Shown here: positions 36,888-49,476 of the stretch, piece after piece | Numbering within the stretch: position 1 is the first letter of the stretch | Layout: each line of letters opens with the position of its first letter | Source: Spizellomyces punctatus DAOM BR117 | Taxonomy: Eukaryota | Direction: 5' to 3' (one strand) | DNA: 64,000 nt | Assembly: GCA_000182565.2 (NCBI GenBank) | Contig: KQ257457.1 | The notes under the pieces: generated by a model | Database searches by the model: none | Told to the model about the DNA's origin: nothing | The model's input: only the letters and a program-made list of their open reading frames with translations | Made by a program: the position numbers and the translations under genes

Positions 36888-37240
36888 AATGTGTTGTCAA
36901 CGACAGGAGGAGAGATTCTGGAAATTATACGAAGGTCTGTCCGTCAGTTGCTTAGTCAACTCGATACGTCTCCGAATCCGAACTCATCGCATGTCGTCCT
37001 AAGGGCAGTACCTTTGAGCACGAACGTCCAGTGTGGGGGATCTCTTCACAGCAACGAGAGTGCAGGACAAACGTTTGTTGCTCGGGACGTGGCACGCGAA
37101 TTCCTTGCAGACACTAGCGATAAAATCATCCAATCAAGACGAGTTGGATGACGTAACGGGAACGAAACAGACTAAGCAATGCAGATGAACCACCAAAGGC
37201 CGTGGGGCAACTCCGCACCATCTTCTGTAAACGTCAGGCT

Positions 37241-39064
37241 ATGTCTACCGCCATCGATCCTTCCCCAGGCTCATCTACTAATATCTCTGATGCCATCCTA
37301 AACGACGTATCAGAAGTTCCATGTTCTGGAGACTCGACAGTCGTGAATGTTTCGGCTTTGGAATATACTGGGAAAATGAATGGCTTCTCCTGGAAGACTT
37401 TTGCAAAGTTTGTTGGGCCGGGGTACATGGTTGCGGTTGGATATCTGGACCCAGGAAACTGGGCAACTGATCTTGCTGGTGAGGATAGGCTTTTAGTTTT
37501 TGTGTCAACGGTAGCATTAGAAGGTCTTGATATCTAACATCGGTCCAGCCGGTTCCCAGTTTGGCTACCGTCTCCTGTTTATCGTTCTTCTATCGAATCT
37601 GATGGCTGTACTTCTGCAGTCTCTCTGCATCAAGCTTGGTATTGTCACAGGACGGGATCTCGCGCAAGCCTGTCGAAGATATTTTCCGGCTAAGCTGAAC
37701 ATTCTTCTTTACATCCTGTGCGAACTGGCCATCATCGCGACGGACATTGCCGAAGTTATTGGAACCGCTATTGCCTTGAAATTATTGTTCAACCTGCCAC
37801 TACCGCTGGGTGTTGTGGTTACCTCATTGGACGTTTTGGTCATTCTGATGGGATGGGACGTCAAGCATATCAGGCTGTTTGAATGGTTCATAATATTTTT
37901 GATGGCTACCTGCGGGGTCTGCTTTGCGATGCTAGTAGGGAAGAGCCATCCAAACTGGCGTACGGTTTTCACAGGCTTTTTACCTACACCCGAAATTTAC
38001 ACGGAGAGTGGCCAGCTTTACATTGCCATGGGAATCATCGGAGCCACAGTATGTTGAAAGTCATATCCATTGGAGGAACCTGCTCACTAACAACATATTA
38101 GGTGATGCCACACAATCTGTACTTACATTCGAGCATCGTTAAATATCGCGCGCCCGGACGCGCAAGTGTGGTCGGGGCTATTCACGAGATAGAAGCTTGT
38201 GAATCGGACAGCGAGGACGAAAGCTATCAGCCGTTGTTGCGCAAATCCAACTTACCTGTTGCGCTACGTATGACCCATTTGGATTCGGTCATTGCCTTAA
38301 CGTTCGCGCTGTCGATCAATTCGGCCATCTTGATTGTCGCTGCGGCGAACTTCTATGGGTCGGAAGACAAGGATGTGGCTGAACTTGAGGATGCATTCGT
38401 GTTGCTCCAAAAATATTTAGGCACATCTGCAGGCATACTGTTTGCTGTCGCGCTGCTATTTTCGGGCCAGAGTTCAACCATCACAGGGACAATGGCGGGT
38501 CAGATCATAATGGAAGGGTTTTTGGGAACAAGTTTCCGACTGCGACCATGGATCCGGCGACTTGTTACTCGCGTCGTAGCCATCATCCCTGCCATGATAG
38601 TCGCTCTCGTGGAGGGCGACAGGGGGGTAAACGATCTGTTGGTCTTCAGTCAAGTCGTATTAAGGTATTCGTTAGAGCGCAGAACTTGAGAGTGACATCC
38701 TAAATGCTTACTTCCATATTATCCATAGTCTACAGTTACCATTTGCAGTTTGGCCACTGGTGTATTTTACGTCCAGCAAGAGAGTCATGACCCTCAAATT
38801 CGAGGGAACAGGGCCAGCAGAGTCATCAGAAACGGATTCGTTAGGTATCGTACCTTTGCAGCTGATAATACCTGGTCAGTGTAGCTTACAGCAGACGTTC
38901 TCGCAGTTGACACACGGTACGGCCCCAAGACCGTCGAAGAGGACGCTTCTGAAGTGTCATATGCCAATGGGGTTACTACCACTGTTCTGGCTGTGGTAGT
39001 TGCGACATTGATAACAATGTTCAATGTTATCCTAATTGTGCAGGTTGCTATGGGAAAATCTTGA
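37241..39064 (+). CDS. NRAMP-family divalent metal transporter (Smf-like; multi-exon)
   Basis: GPGYMVAVGYLDPGNWATD; GATV|MPHNLYLHS; GQSSTITGTMAGQIIMEGF; SQVVL|SLQLPFA. Confidence 0.95.
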
Positions 39065-39486
39065 AAGCGCCAGCAACAGCAGATGTAAACCTTAGTATTG
39101 TACATATGTTAGTCATATAGTTGTGTAGATAGAATAATCAATCGCTGTGCTTCTACGATACTTCAGTATTATTTGGACGATATTTTTAAGGATAGATATA
39201 TCAACCATGGCGCAATGCCGATATCGTCCATCACGCCTCCCTGGTCCCGCGCTGCCCTTGAACGAGCACTGCAGAGCTGGTGTTTCTGGAAAGTACACCG
39301 AATGATCGATTCACATCAGATCCGTTGATTGCATGCGCATCTCGCGACTGCGCGGATGATGCAAACTCTATCTTCAGCTCCTCCATGTTATGATGAAAGA
39401 ATCCGTCACGGTTGCATCGTTGACATCAAAATAGGCTCAAGCTATACATTAGACTACAGGTGCTTTACCAGGCAAGATACTAGAAC

Positions 39487-41737
39487 TTAGAAATAGGCAT
39501 AATGTTGTTGATGTCCCGATCTGCGCTGCCCACCGCCGCGGCCCATTCCACCCGGCATTCCGCCCATTCCAAAAGGAGATCCCCCGAACTGAGCGCCACC
39601 AAAGGGTGATCCTCCATGAGCAAACCCGTGCGGCATTCCACCCATGCCGCCACCGAACAATTGCGAAAGTATATCCATGTCGGGCGGCCCACCGTGTCCA
39701 AAAGGCGAATATCCGTCAGACGCAGAGGCCCCATCTACGTCCATTCCCGAATCAAACATGTGCTTTTTACGTGGATCCGACAGAACTGTGTACGCCTCGC
39801 CGATCTCCTTAAACCTGCTCTCAGCGATCGCTTTCTCCTCGTCTGATAGGCCAGCGCTCTTGTCAGGGTGGCACTGGAGAGCCAACTTCCTGTACGCCTT
39901 TTTCACCTCTACCTCACTTGCACTCCGGGCCACCCCAAGGATCTTATAGTAATCCTTCCGCTTAGACTGTCGTAGGAGATTTCGAGCGGTGTTCAAAGCC
40001 CTCGCTATATCTGACAAGAGAGATAACAAAGAACAAACTAAGCCGCAGTTGCGCCAAGACCAGAGGTCACCATATCCTACCTCCGTCTGTCGGCTTCAGC
40101 TGCTCGGCATTGGTGTAATCACGCACCGCATCCTCGTAATTTTCGAGCTTCATATAGCAATCTGCACGGCGAAGGTACAGTTTGCTAAATAATGCTGAAT
40201 TTGAGGAATTTCGGAGGTCGCCAGGTGAGATTCCTGATGTTTCCGAGCCGGGAAAGGACAGTTTTTCTAACAACTCAATCGCAACCGTGCAGTCACGGGC
40301 AGCCAAATCGTACTGGGATAACTAAGCACCAACGAAAATTAGAGTGTATTTCTATCTGCTTCCCTTTGAGGATCACAACTTACCCTGCTCCTAACAATTG
40401 CACGATTGCTAAGCACTTTCACCTTCATGACGCCTTGTTCGTCATCCGCCTCCAGGCAGCGTTCATAGGCGTCCAAAGCCTCCTGGTACCGCCCTGCTTT
40501 GAAGGCGTCATTACCCTCATTCTTCATGCCGTCCAGTCTTCGGACTTTTTTCAGTAGCTCTTTGGCTCGCTTGTTGTCCGGGTCATACGATAGCGCCTGC
40601 ATTAACAGCTTTGGGATAGCTTCCGGCTTTGTGTCCTGCAAGTACATCACACGGGCACGAATTGTTATTGCCTCCACGTTGGTGGGGTCCGCGGATAGCA
40701 CACCACTTCAAGTTTTGGCAATTTTGGACAACAACGATGAGTCAAAACCTGCAAAGCCAAGGGTAGCAAACCACTGTCACACCCAAACCTACGTGGTAAC
40801 CTTTGCAGCTCCTTCCAAATCTCGACATTCAATCAAACATTCAGCTCGGAGTAGCCGCCACCGCATTGGCATCGTGTCCAAATCTAGCCCACTTAATCGG
40901 GTGCAACTTGAAGAAGATGAGGTTCTCAAAGTTGGATCTAAAGTGATCATCGCCATCTCCAGCTGTGTCAACGCCTGCTTGTGTTGTTTGCTGACTATCA
41001 GCTTGTGCACCTGTGCCATGAACGATCCTATTTTGGCCACTATAGCCAGCTGGCAAGATATTCATTACTATATGTGCAAAGGCTGAGGCTTCTCACAGCA
41101 GTTTTACTCACATCTCGATCTACCGCTCCTGCATTATCCTGCAGATGTGATTTGCCCTTGATGTGGACCTTTACCTGTCGCAACATCCTATCCGCGTCTT
41201 CCAATTGACCGAGGTGTAACTGACACTTTGAGGCCCTCAAATAGGCCTTTACATTATCAATATCCAACTCGATTGCCCTTTTGCAATCCTTTAATGCATC
41301 ACTGTATCGGCGGAGCATCATCAGCGCCGCAGCTCGGTTTGCGTAGTACATGCCAGTTGTTGGTCGAATATCTTTGCTCAAAGGTCAACACGCGCCAGCA
41401 AATGTGTATCAGGTAAACTACACACCAATGGCTTCTGTATACAGGTCCGCTGCTTCCCGATATTCCGCCTTTTTATAGAAGTCATTGGCTCGTGCTTTGA
41501 CCGCCTCCGCACGAACCTCTCTTTCACTATCCTCGCTGATCGTCACCATAAATGAGAGTAGTGGAGGAAGGTCAGAGAACGCCAAAGATAAAGATTTCGT
41601 TGCTAGCTTATCGGGGCATTCTCAGTCTGCCATATATCACTCCCCAGCGCTCAAAGTGACATCTCCCAATACCCCAGTGGATCTGCATATACCCACCTAG
41701 TAAGGTCCACCACATCCTCCATAACGTCGGCAGTCAT
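39487..41737 (-). CDS. TPR-repeat DnaJ co-chaperone (DNAJC7/Tpr2-like; multi-exon)
   Basis: TPR repeats ([38 protein letters not shown]); C-terminal J domain [15 protein letters not shown]-rich tail. Confidence 0.92.
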
Positions 41738-42191
41738 GCTTATAGAATGTGGGATCTTTTGATGAATTGCGAAATAAGCTTGGCCGATCGCGGGCTTATT
41801 CGGAGTTTCGCTTGAAGGGCAAACAGGCTAGTTGCAGGCAGGAAACCGTTTCAATTCGCCATGAAACAGCACGTGACTTGATGGCCAGCTGGTGAGGACC
41901 ACATTGAAGTCACTAGTGTGCAAGCTCGTGCGTGCAACGCACTTGATAGACGACCCAAGAAATAATGAAACGAAGGCTAATGGAGTTATGGAAGCACTTT
42001 TATAAATGCATATATCTTTGGACATCTTGAGATACAGCATGGGGAGAAAGGCTGGGAATGCTTTTGATAGGTAGCCAGGATTGGGGGTACAAATACCACT
42101 ACCCTTGGTAATAAGGGGACAGCAACAGAAAATGCGCCAGTGATTTACAATGCATGGTTATGGTCGTGTGGATGGTCATGTAACAGCTATT

Positions 42192-42266
42192 TAGTGCGGA
42201 GCCGGTGGGTATTGGCACTAGCACCCGCACCAGGGATTGAACCGGCGACAACCGGCTCGGAAAACC
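42192..42266 (-). ncRNA. Fanzor omegaRNA scaffold / transposon right end; the guide would continue into flanking DNA from 42191 downward (AATAGCTGTTACATG...)
   Basis: Minus strand GGTTTTCCGAGCCGGTTGTCGCCGGTTCAATCCCTGGTGCGGGTGCTAGTGCCAATACCCACCGGCTCCGCACTA; enclosing stem GAGCCGGT/ACCGGCTC; starts ~20 nt after the Fanzor stop; nearly identical to the SpuFz1 scaffold as recalled from memory. Confidence 0.85.
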
Positions 42267-42284
42267 TAATCTAACTAGTCTACG

Positions 42285-43532
42285 CTACGCTACCACTGGA
42301 ACACCCCTCCTGAACACCTCTGGTCTACCGTGTCCATCTAACATTGATTGCACGATCATCAGCATGTTGCAGGTGCTCAGCGTGTCCCTGTTCCAGTAGC
42401 GCATCGTCCAGGCTTGCTGACAGTTAGGGTTGGTACAACCCAGCAATCCATGGACTTTTTCAATCTTGCCTTCGCGATGGTGCCAAGGTCTTGCATGAGG
42501 TCATTCTTTGAATTTTTTCTCCACAAACTCAGATGAGGAACAGCAAGGGCAGACAGATGAGGTCTTGTACTCGTCAAGAAGGAAGCAGTTGATCCTGTTG
42601 CACTTAAAGAGGGTGTGCCAACCTTTCATCTTTGATGAGGTCTGAAATCTTGCAGTTCGACCGGCATTGCTCCAATCTCCCATCACAATGGTAAAGTTTT
42701 CACTGTACTTGTTGCATAAGTTGGATATGAGGTTCGATTCACTCTTCTGATGGTTTATAAATGCATGCCACTTCCACCGCGTGTGGGCAGGATGCGAATA
42801 GAAGTCCTTTCAATGATCCCAATCAGTGCACTGAACAAGGAGATAGCACATGAAGTCCATGAGGTTCATTGTCTTGTGACTAGGGATATGTGATTCTATG
42901 AGGTCCATTCCCACTTCCTTCTTCATCTGCTGCCATTCTTTTGCAAATTGACGGCTTCCAGTCTCCACGGCTTGCTGGTTGGTGGTGTAGCGAAATGTCA
43001 TACCACTGTTGTCTTGGCAGTAGAGAATATTGCACTTGTTTGGGTCGATAATGATGACATTCTCTGCTGCTCAACAAGCAGGTAAGTTTTTCTCCATGTA
43101 TTGCACTTTAACTTCATCCTCTAAACTCTTTGCTGACTTTCTCACTCTGCACTTTCCATACTTGTCTGCTCCTGGGTGCTTTAGGTATACAGACACTGAG
43201 GTCCCATCTGTCATGATCGAGCCTTCAAACTGCATACTGCAGCAAGACCGAAAAGCTTTGGTACATAGATTACAGACACACAACCATAAATCGACCTTTT
43301 TGACAGTTTCTGCTTCTCTTCACGCGATGCAAAGGATATGCTGGTAGAGAATGATGGTGTCGATCCGCACATGGCTTTGGATGAGAGACCAACGAAGAGG
43401 GATTGCACTGAACTGTTGAAATCCATGTTGTTCATACAGCCCAGAGAGTTTGCAGTATGCAGGAAAGAATGCGAGAGGGTCTACAGCAATGGAATATGTG
43501 AGTGGCTGGTTGTCAGAAAGGGGAATGTTAAG
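42285..43532 (-). pseudogene. Fanzor1 (eukaryotic TnpB-like RNA-guided RuvC nuclease) pseudogene, C-terminal ~415 codons; 5' part cut off by an LTR insertion
   Basis: One reading frame with four TGA stops (43320, 43071, 42810, 42501): GSIMTDGTSVSV, RuvC-I IIIDPNK, VMGDWS, RuvC-II LLDEYKTSSVCPCC, zinc finger VHGLLGCTNPNC, RuvC-III YWNRD..CNML, RPEVF. Confidence 0.92.
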
Positions 43533-44137
43533 TGTAATGGATTTTTTGTTGGTTAACTACAGTAAAGACAACTTGGGTCTCCTAGCAGGTTAGGTGGGTG
43601 TCCATACTAGGAATCGTAGTCTCCGAATCCTTTCTTTGGGCGTCAGTAGCGAATTGGGGGCAAGAGGCAAGGAGAATCGGTTAGTTGTGAACTGAGCAGG
43701 ATTTAGAGGCTTCAGTGTGGGTGATCAGGCCGTTGAAGCGCTCTGTTGGGTTCCTGTTAACCTAAGATTGGAGTTGAGAAGCTAGTTGTGGGGATTTTAG
43801 TGTTGCTACGGCTTCTGCCCCCCTGCCTTTTTTTCTATTGAATACATCCTTTTTATACAAGATTCTAGGATAAACTGTTAAACTAAACTAAACTAATGGG
43901 TGCCGCTGCACCACAACTGATTTATTGGTGGCGGTACCAATTTCTTCCTTTTTCGCACTGGCTCGGGCCTCCACAGGTTGTATGAGGCATGCTGAAATCT
44001 AATGCACCGATTGCCATTCTCCGAACTGGTTTTTTTGGTTGCGGTAACCTAATCGGTGGAGTTGGTCACGTGATTTGTGCTTCCCGCATCCGATTTGGGC
44101 TTACTCGCGATCTCTCGAAGACATCCTCGTCATTACA
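43533..44137 (-). repeat. 3' LTR of LTR-element family X (605 bp), inserted into the Fanzor ORF
   Basis: Inverted termini TGTAATG...CATTACA; PPT AAAGGGGGGA (minus strand) at 44138-44147. Confidence 0.85.
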
Positions 44138-44194
44138 TCCCCCCTTTGAAGAGCCAATGCACCAGCACTTCGAGCGGGGGTGTTGGGACATCAA

Positions 44195-44830
44195 TTACCA
44201 GGTCAGTACCAGATCTGTGGGGTCCGCTTCATCTGCATTTTGGTTCATGACCCAGATGATACTGGCACGGCCACTGACGTTGCAACAAAACCAGATTTGA
44301 TCTGTTGCAGTACAAATGATGGTACCCGGGGTCACGTCGGGGCCAGTTCTGGTTACGTAGAGGGCCATAAAGGTATCCGTGGCCCTTTTCAGGTTTGTCA
44401 CATGGAAATGGTACTCCACATGCTTGTGATGTCGGGGTCTGGTGAGCCTTGCAGAGGCTTCTGCTGTGTTTGCCATCCTTAGGAGCACCATCCTAGCTGC
44501 TTCAATGACGGCGGACACAAACTCGTGGGCATCATCGTTCAGCCAATCAGTGAACGGAGCTGTTTTTTGGCTTCCCGCCTCGTGTTCGGGAACCCCGCGG
44601 TCGAGCCAAGTGGCGCACGGAGCTGGGCGCCCTCTTTTTCTGGGTTTTTTCACATCAGCAACTATTCTGACCGCTGCTTCACCACTGTCGGTGGCCTTGC
44701 TGTAGGGGTCCACGATGTGGTTTGTGAGGGGCTGGCCCACTGTGTAAGGTTTCGGAGCGTTGACTCCCAGCCAAAACTCATGCCCTGGAGTCTGCAGCGG
44801 CACGTTGGGGTTGGTCCGAAGCTGATGAAC
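44195..44830 (-). CDS. C-terminal part of an unidentified family-X ORF just upstream of the PPT; frame open up to the family-Y insertion
   Basis: 202+ aa open frame containing KKPRKRGRP; no recognisable domain. Confidence 0.45.
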   Translation of the reverse strand, partial: VHQLRTNPNVPLQTPGHEFWLGVNAPKPYTVGQPLTNHIVDPYSKATDSGEAAVRIVADVKKPRKRGRPAPCATWLDRGVPEHEAGSQKTAPFTDWLNDDAHEFVSAVIEAARMVLLRMANTAEASARLTRPRHHKHVEYHFHVTNLKRATDTFMALYVTRTGPDVTPGTIICTATDQIWFCCNVSGRASIIWVMNQNADEADPTDLVLTW

Positions 44831-47045
44831 TGTAACAGGCTAGCAGGGACAAGAAGACAATAGAAAACTAGGGAAGACTTAGTTAGTTACTACTTGTTAT
44901 TTTCCTTTTGAGGGGCCTCAGAGAGGTCCTCTTTTTATAGACAAAGGGGCTGACAAATGCTATATCCTAACTACCCAATCAGATCTCGCCCACATCATCC
45001 TAAACTATTTGTCAGCCTATTGCACCATTTATAGCCAATCACAAGTGAGACAAGTCATCCTAAATACACTGTGCCACTTGATTGAAAGGGGCAGATGCCA
45101 GTGTGTCAGAATACTCATCTAATTTGGCCAGAAATGGCTAAATCTGCTTATTTATCTAATTCTGGTCAAATGAATGCTGACACCATCAGCAAAGTCATGT
45201 GACCACTAGTTTGGAACCACATCTAAGCAGTATAACCATAGCACTGACAGAAGAATTCTGTCACACTCCCCCACTTTAAGATTAAGCTCCCTTCTGGGCT
45301 AGGAACTCCTTCAAGATTTCTCTGCCATGGGGTAGGAGGTTTTCTTCTGGTTCCCAGGTGTTCTGAGAGGAGGGATAGCCTTTCCACTTGATGAGGTAGA
45401 GATTCTTCTTCCTTCTGGTCTTGTGGTCAAGAATCTTCTCAACTTCCCAAAACTCTTCTCCTTGCTGGATAATTGGCTCAGGCTCAGGGGGTACTGGTCT
45501 GGTAGGGAAGTCCTCTGTGGGGTCCAAGTAAGTCTTGAGGAGTCTGACATGGAACACTGGATGAATCTTCATGGTGCTGGGGAGCTCCAGGGTGTAATTC
45601 TGAAATTCATCCTTGGCCTTGATTCTGTAAGGTCCAAGCCAGGGGTGAAGAAGTTTCTGGGCTGGCCTCTGGGCTTCTTCTTCTGGGGTGATACCTTCTC
45701 TAGATAGCCAAACTTTGGAGCCTAGGGGGTAGCTTGGGGCCTTGTTGAGAGACTTGTTGGCTTGCTGAACTTGTCTTTCTTGGGCCAGTATCATGTTATC
45801 CTTGGCTACTTGAAGCAGTTGCTGAATATACTGGTGGAAGTCTGTTGCTTCAAGATCATTGCTTTCTCCTGGTGGTGTTGCTGGGGTCCTGGGATGCTGG
45901 CCATTCTCCAAGTAGAATGGGGTAAAGCCTGTGGTTTCTGAGATACTGTTGTTGTAGGCAAACTCAGCAAAAGGGGAGAAGATCTTCCCAATTCTTCATG
46001 TTGTACTCCAGGAAAGCTCTGAGGTAGATCTTCAAAGTCTTGATGGTTCTCTCTGCCTGTCCATTGGTCTGCTGGTGCCTTGCAGTGGCTAGGAGGGTGT
46101 TGCAGCCTAAGAGTTGCATCAAGTTGGACCAGAACGAACTGGTGAACTTGGTGTCTCTGTCTGATACAATCACTTCTGGGAGGCCATGGTGCTTGAAGAT
46201 ATGCTTCAGGAAGAGCAGGGCCAGGTCCTTGGCTGAGGCTCTGGTGGTACTGGGGATGAAGTGGCCTCTCTTTGACAATCTGTCAACAATGACAAAGATG
46301 GCATTGTGATCAGAGGAAGTCATAGGTAGGTCAGGGATCAGGTCAATGGAGATCTGGCTCCATCTGGTCTTAGGTACTGGGAGGGGCTGCAGCAAGCCTG
46401 CTGGTGGTTGCTGACTAGGTTTGCTTCTCTGGCAGGAATCACAAGACTTGACATACTTCTTAATGTCCTTATACATCCTTGGCCAGTAGTAATGCCTTGC
46501 TAGGGCATCATGGGTCTTGGTGATGCCAAAGTGTCCAGCATATTGAGTGTCATGGGTTTCTTGGAGTAGGCTCAACCTTAGGTCTGGGTCACCAGGAACA
46601 AAGATCCTGTCCTGGAAATAGAGTAACCCATCTTGATGGCTGAGGTATTTGAGCCTTTGTTGCTGGTCTTCTGGTCTCCTGGGGTCATCCAAAGCTTGGA
46701 TGAGCTCTTGAAGTTCTGGGTCTTCTGTGGTACTGGTCTTCAATCTCTCTTGAAGGGTGCTGGTGGTGTGGGTCACAGCATTCAACTCTGCTGTCACCAA
46801 GGCCTTGCACTTGATGCATCTTGGGGCCAGGTCTGGTCTTCTAGACAGGATGTCTGCCACTGTGTGGAGTCTTCCTGGGCCATAGCCAATCTCAAAGTCA
46901 AAAGATTGGAAATTCATGACCCATCTGGCTTGTCTTCTGGTCAAGAAGGGCTGGTTCTGTAGCCACTTGAGGGACTGGTGGTCTGAGATAACTTTGAAGG
47001 GGGGTTCCTTCCAGGTAGGGCCTCCAAACTCTGAGGGCATCATGG
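44831..47045 (-). mobile_element. Gypsy family Y (3' LTR 44831-45265, RNase H end, integrase, chromodomain), cut by Copia at 47045/47046
   Basis: VISDHQSL..RRQARW; HDT..AGHFG..CDSCQ; SIDLI, VSDRD, NGQAER; frameshift near 45970; chromodomain ending at 45282. Confidence 0.93.
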
Positions 47046-49476
47046 TATTGAAACTTAGCGCTTGGAATACTGATTTCCCGTGTTGAAATCACTTCTGGAA
47101 GGCCTAGTAATGCCTGTGGCCGCTAGTAAGACTTCTGGGTGCAGTAACTTGTGGGATAACACGCTTGTATTAATCCAGAGACATGCAAAAGTCCCCTTTA
47201 TATAACCCAGTACATTCTCCAGCCTCCCTCCGCCTTTGTTTACTGTTTACATGCTTCAGCCCACTTGTTTACATGCTCAGCCGTGCTCAGCAATGCTCAG
47301 CAGCTTCAGCCATGCCTTGGCAAACATTACCTGAAGATCTAGATCACCACAAACCTTCCAGACCTTCTAAGAGCGCTTACATGATGATTTACCCCTTTAA
47401 ATCATTCCCACACGCGTCTGTGATCATTCTGATTACTCTATGTCCAATTCCCCACGTTGTAACTTAGCCAAATCAGATGTGAACTGTCTAATGACATCCC
47501 AGCATGATCTCACATGATTTATAGATCATACAGCGTGGTTTAAGCCTGAATCTCAACACTCCCACTCAGTGAATCATCTGATTTCCGACAGAGACCCATT
47601 TTGCCACAAAGTTTAAGGTGCTTTGTCTTGGGTAAAGCCTTGGTGAGAATGTCAGCTGTCATTTCTTCTGTCTGACAGTACTTGAGGCTGATGTTCTTGT
47701 CTTCTACTGCTTGTCTGATGAAGTGGTGCCGCACATCAATGTGTTTGGTCCTTGCATGATGTGTTGGGTTGTTGGCAAGTGCTATGGCGCCCTGATTGTC
47801 ACCATACAATGTTGTAGGACCACTTTGCTGATGTCCTAGTTCGCCTAGAAGTGTTCTGAACCAGATAACTTCCTTGGTAGCTTGACAAAGAGCCATGTAC
47901 TCTGACTCTGTTGATGATAGAGCGACTGTAGGTTGCCTCTTGCTTTGCCAGCTGACTGTGCTGCTGCCAATCTTGACTAAGAAGCCAGTGGTAGACTTCC
48001 TGAAGTCCAAATCACCGCCCCAATCTGCATCAGAGTATGCAGATAGCTCCCACTTGCTCTGAATGCCGCCCAGTTGAAGTCCTAGGTCTGTGGTGCCATT
48101 CAGGTACCGCATGATCCGTTTGACTGCATCCAGTGCTGATGTCCGGGGTTGGAAAGATACTGGCTAACTGATCCAACTGCTGCTGCTATGTCTGGTCTGG
48201 TGCCCAGCATTGCATAAATGAGACTTCCAACAGCACTTCTGAAAGGAACCCCATTCATTTCTTGCTGTTCTGCCTCAGTTTGTGGTGACATGGCCTTGGT
48301 GAGCTTCTGGCCATTCTCTAGTGGTGTGGCAACTGGTTTGCTGTTACTCATATTGAATTTCTTCAATGTTTGACCGAGGTACCGCTGTTGGGAGAGCCAG
48401 ATTGACCTGTTGGCTCTGTCCCTGACCACTTGAATGCCGAGAAAATGCTCTAACTGGCCCATATCAGCCATCTTGAACCGCTTCTTGAGTTCTTCTTTGA
48501 GTTTTAACAACTCCTGGTTGTCCTTTGCTGCCAGAATAAGGTCATCCACATACAGGATAAGGTGGATGCCCATCTTCTTGTTGATGTACAGCCCGTGGTC
48601 TGATTCACACCTTTCAAAGCCAAGTTCTTTGAGTTGCCCATCAATGACTTTGTTCCAGGCTCTTGGAGCTTGCTTTAACCCATACAAACTCTTCTTTAGC
48701 TTGCAGACAAGTCCATTTGCCATGGTGAAGCCTTCTGGTTGGTCCATGTAGATGTCCTCCTCAATGGTCCCATTCAAGAATGCTGTCTTGACATCCATTT
48801 GGTGAATCTCCATGTCCTTCATGGCTGCTAGTGTCAGGACCGTCCTGATGGTTGCAAACTTGACTACTGGGGCAAATGTCTCCTTGTACTCCAGTCCTTC
48901 AACTTGGGAGTATCCTTTGGCTACCAGTCTGGCCTTGTAGCGCTCTACAGAGCCATCTGACTTGAGTTTCAGCTTGAAAACCCACTTGCAGCCAACTGTG
49001 GATCTTCCTGGTGGTAGTTTGACTAAGTCCCATGTCTGATTCTCCATCAGAGAGTCATATTTTGCTTTGACAGCCACCTCCCACTGTTTGGCATCATATC
49101 TGGTCCTAGCTTCAGTCAGAGTGCTGGGTTCTTCCTGTGGAACTTCCCCAATGGTGAAGGCAAACGCCAGATTTGACTGAGTTGGCTTTGCAATCCACCA
49201 CTCTCCCAGTGGTTTGTGAAATCTGGCACTCTTCCTGCTGAGTTCTGGCACTTCCTCAGCATCCTGGAAGTCGTCCCGATCATCTTCTGATGCTGAAGAG
49301 TTGTCTGGAGTGATGCTAGATGGTCTCTGAGTCTCTTGAACCGTCCCTAGCCCTTCTTGGTCATCCAAGAACGAAGGCTCCCCTCCTAGAGGCATCTGTA
49401 GCTCTTGGTCTTGCTGTGGTACACTCTGCAGTCACTGCTGAGTGCTCCACATCAAGTTTTCATCAAAGATGACGTC
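47046..49476 (-). mobile_element. Ty1/Copia copy D (3' LTR 47046-47558, RNase H, RT), interrupted by the viral element
   Basis: Near-identical to copies A/B; Copia sequence stops at ...AAAGATGACGTC, where the other copies continue CCTTGACATG. Confidence 0.93.

Noticed and set aside
42172-42191. omegaRNA guide targeting the neighbouring virus or the family-Y LTR end (shared TGTAACAG)
   Set aside because: Only an 8-nt match to the LTR end and no convincing match in the viral part of this window; needs a genome-wide search
42222-42295. tRNA gene suggested by a GGTTCAATCCC T-loop
   Set aside because: No acceptor or anticodon stems can be formed; the sequence is better explained as the Fanzor omegaRNA/right end
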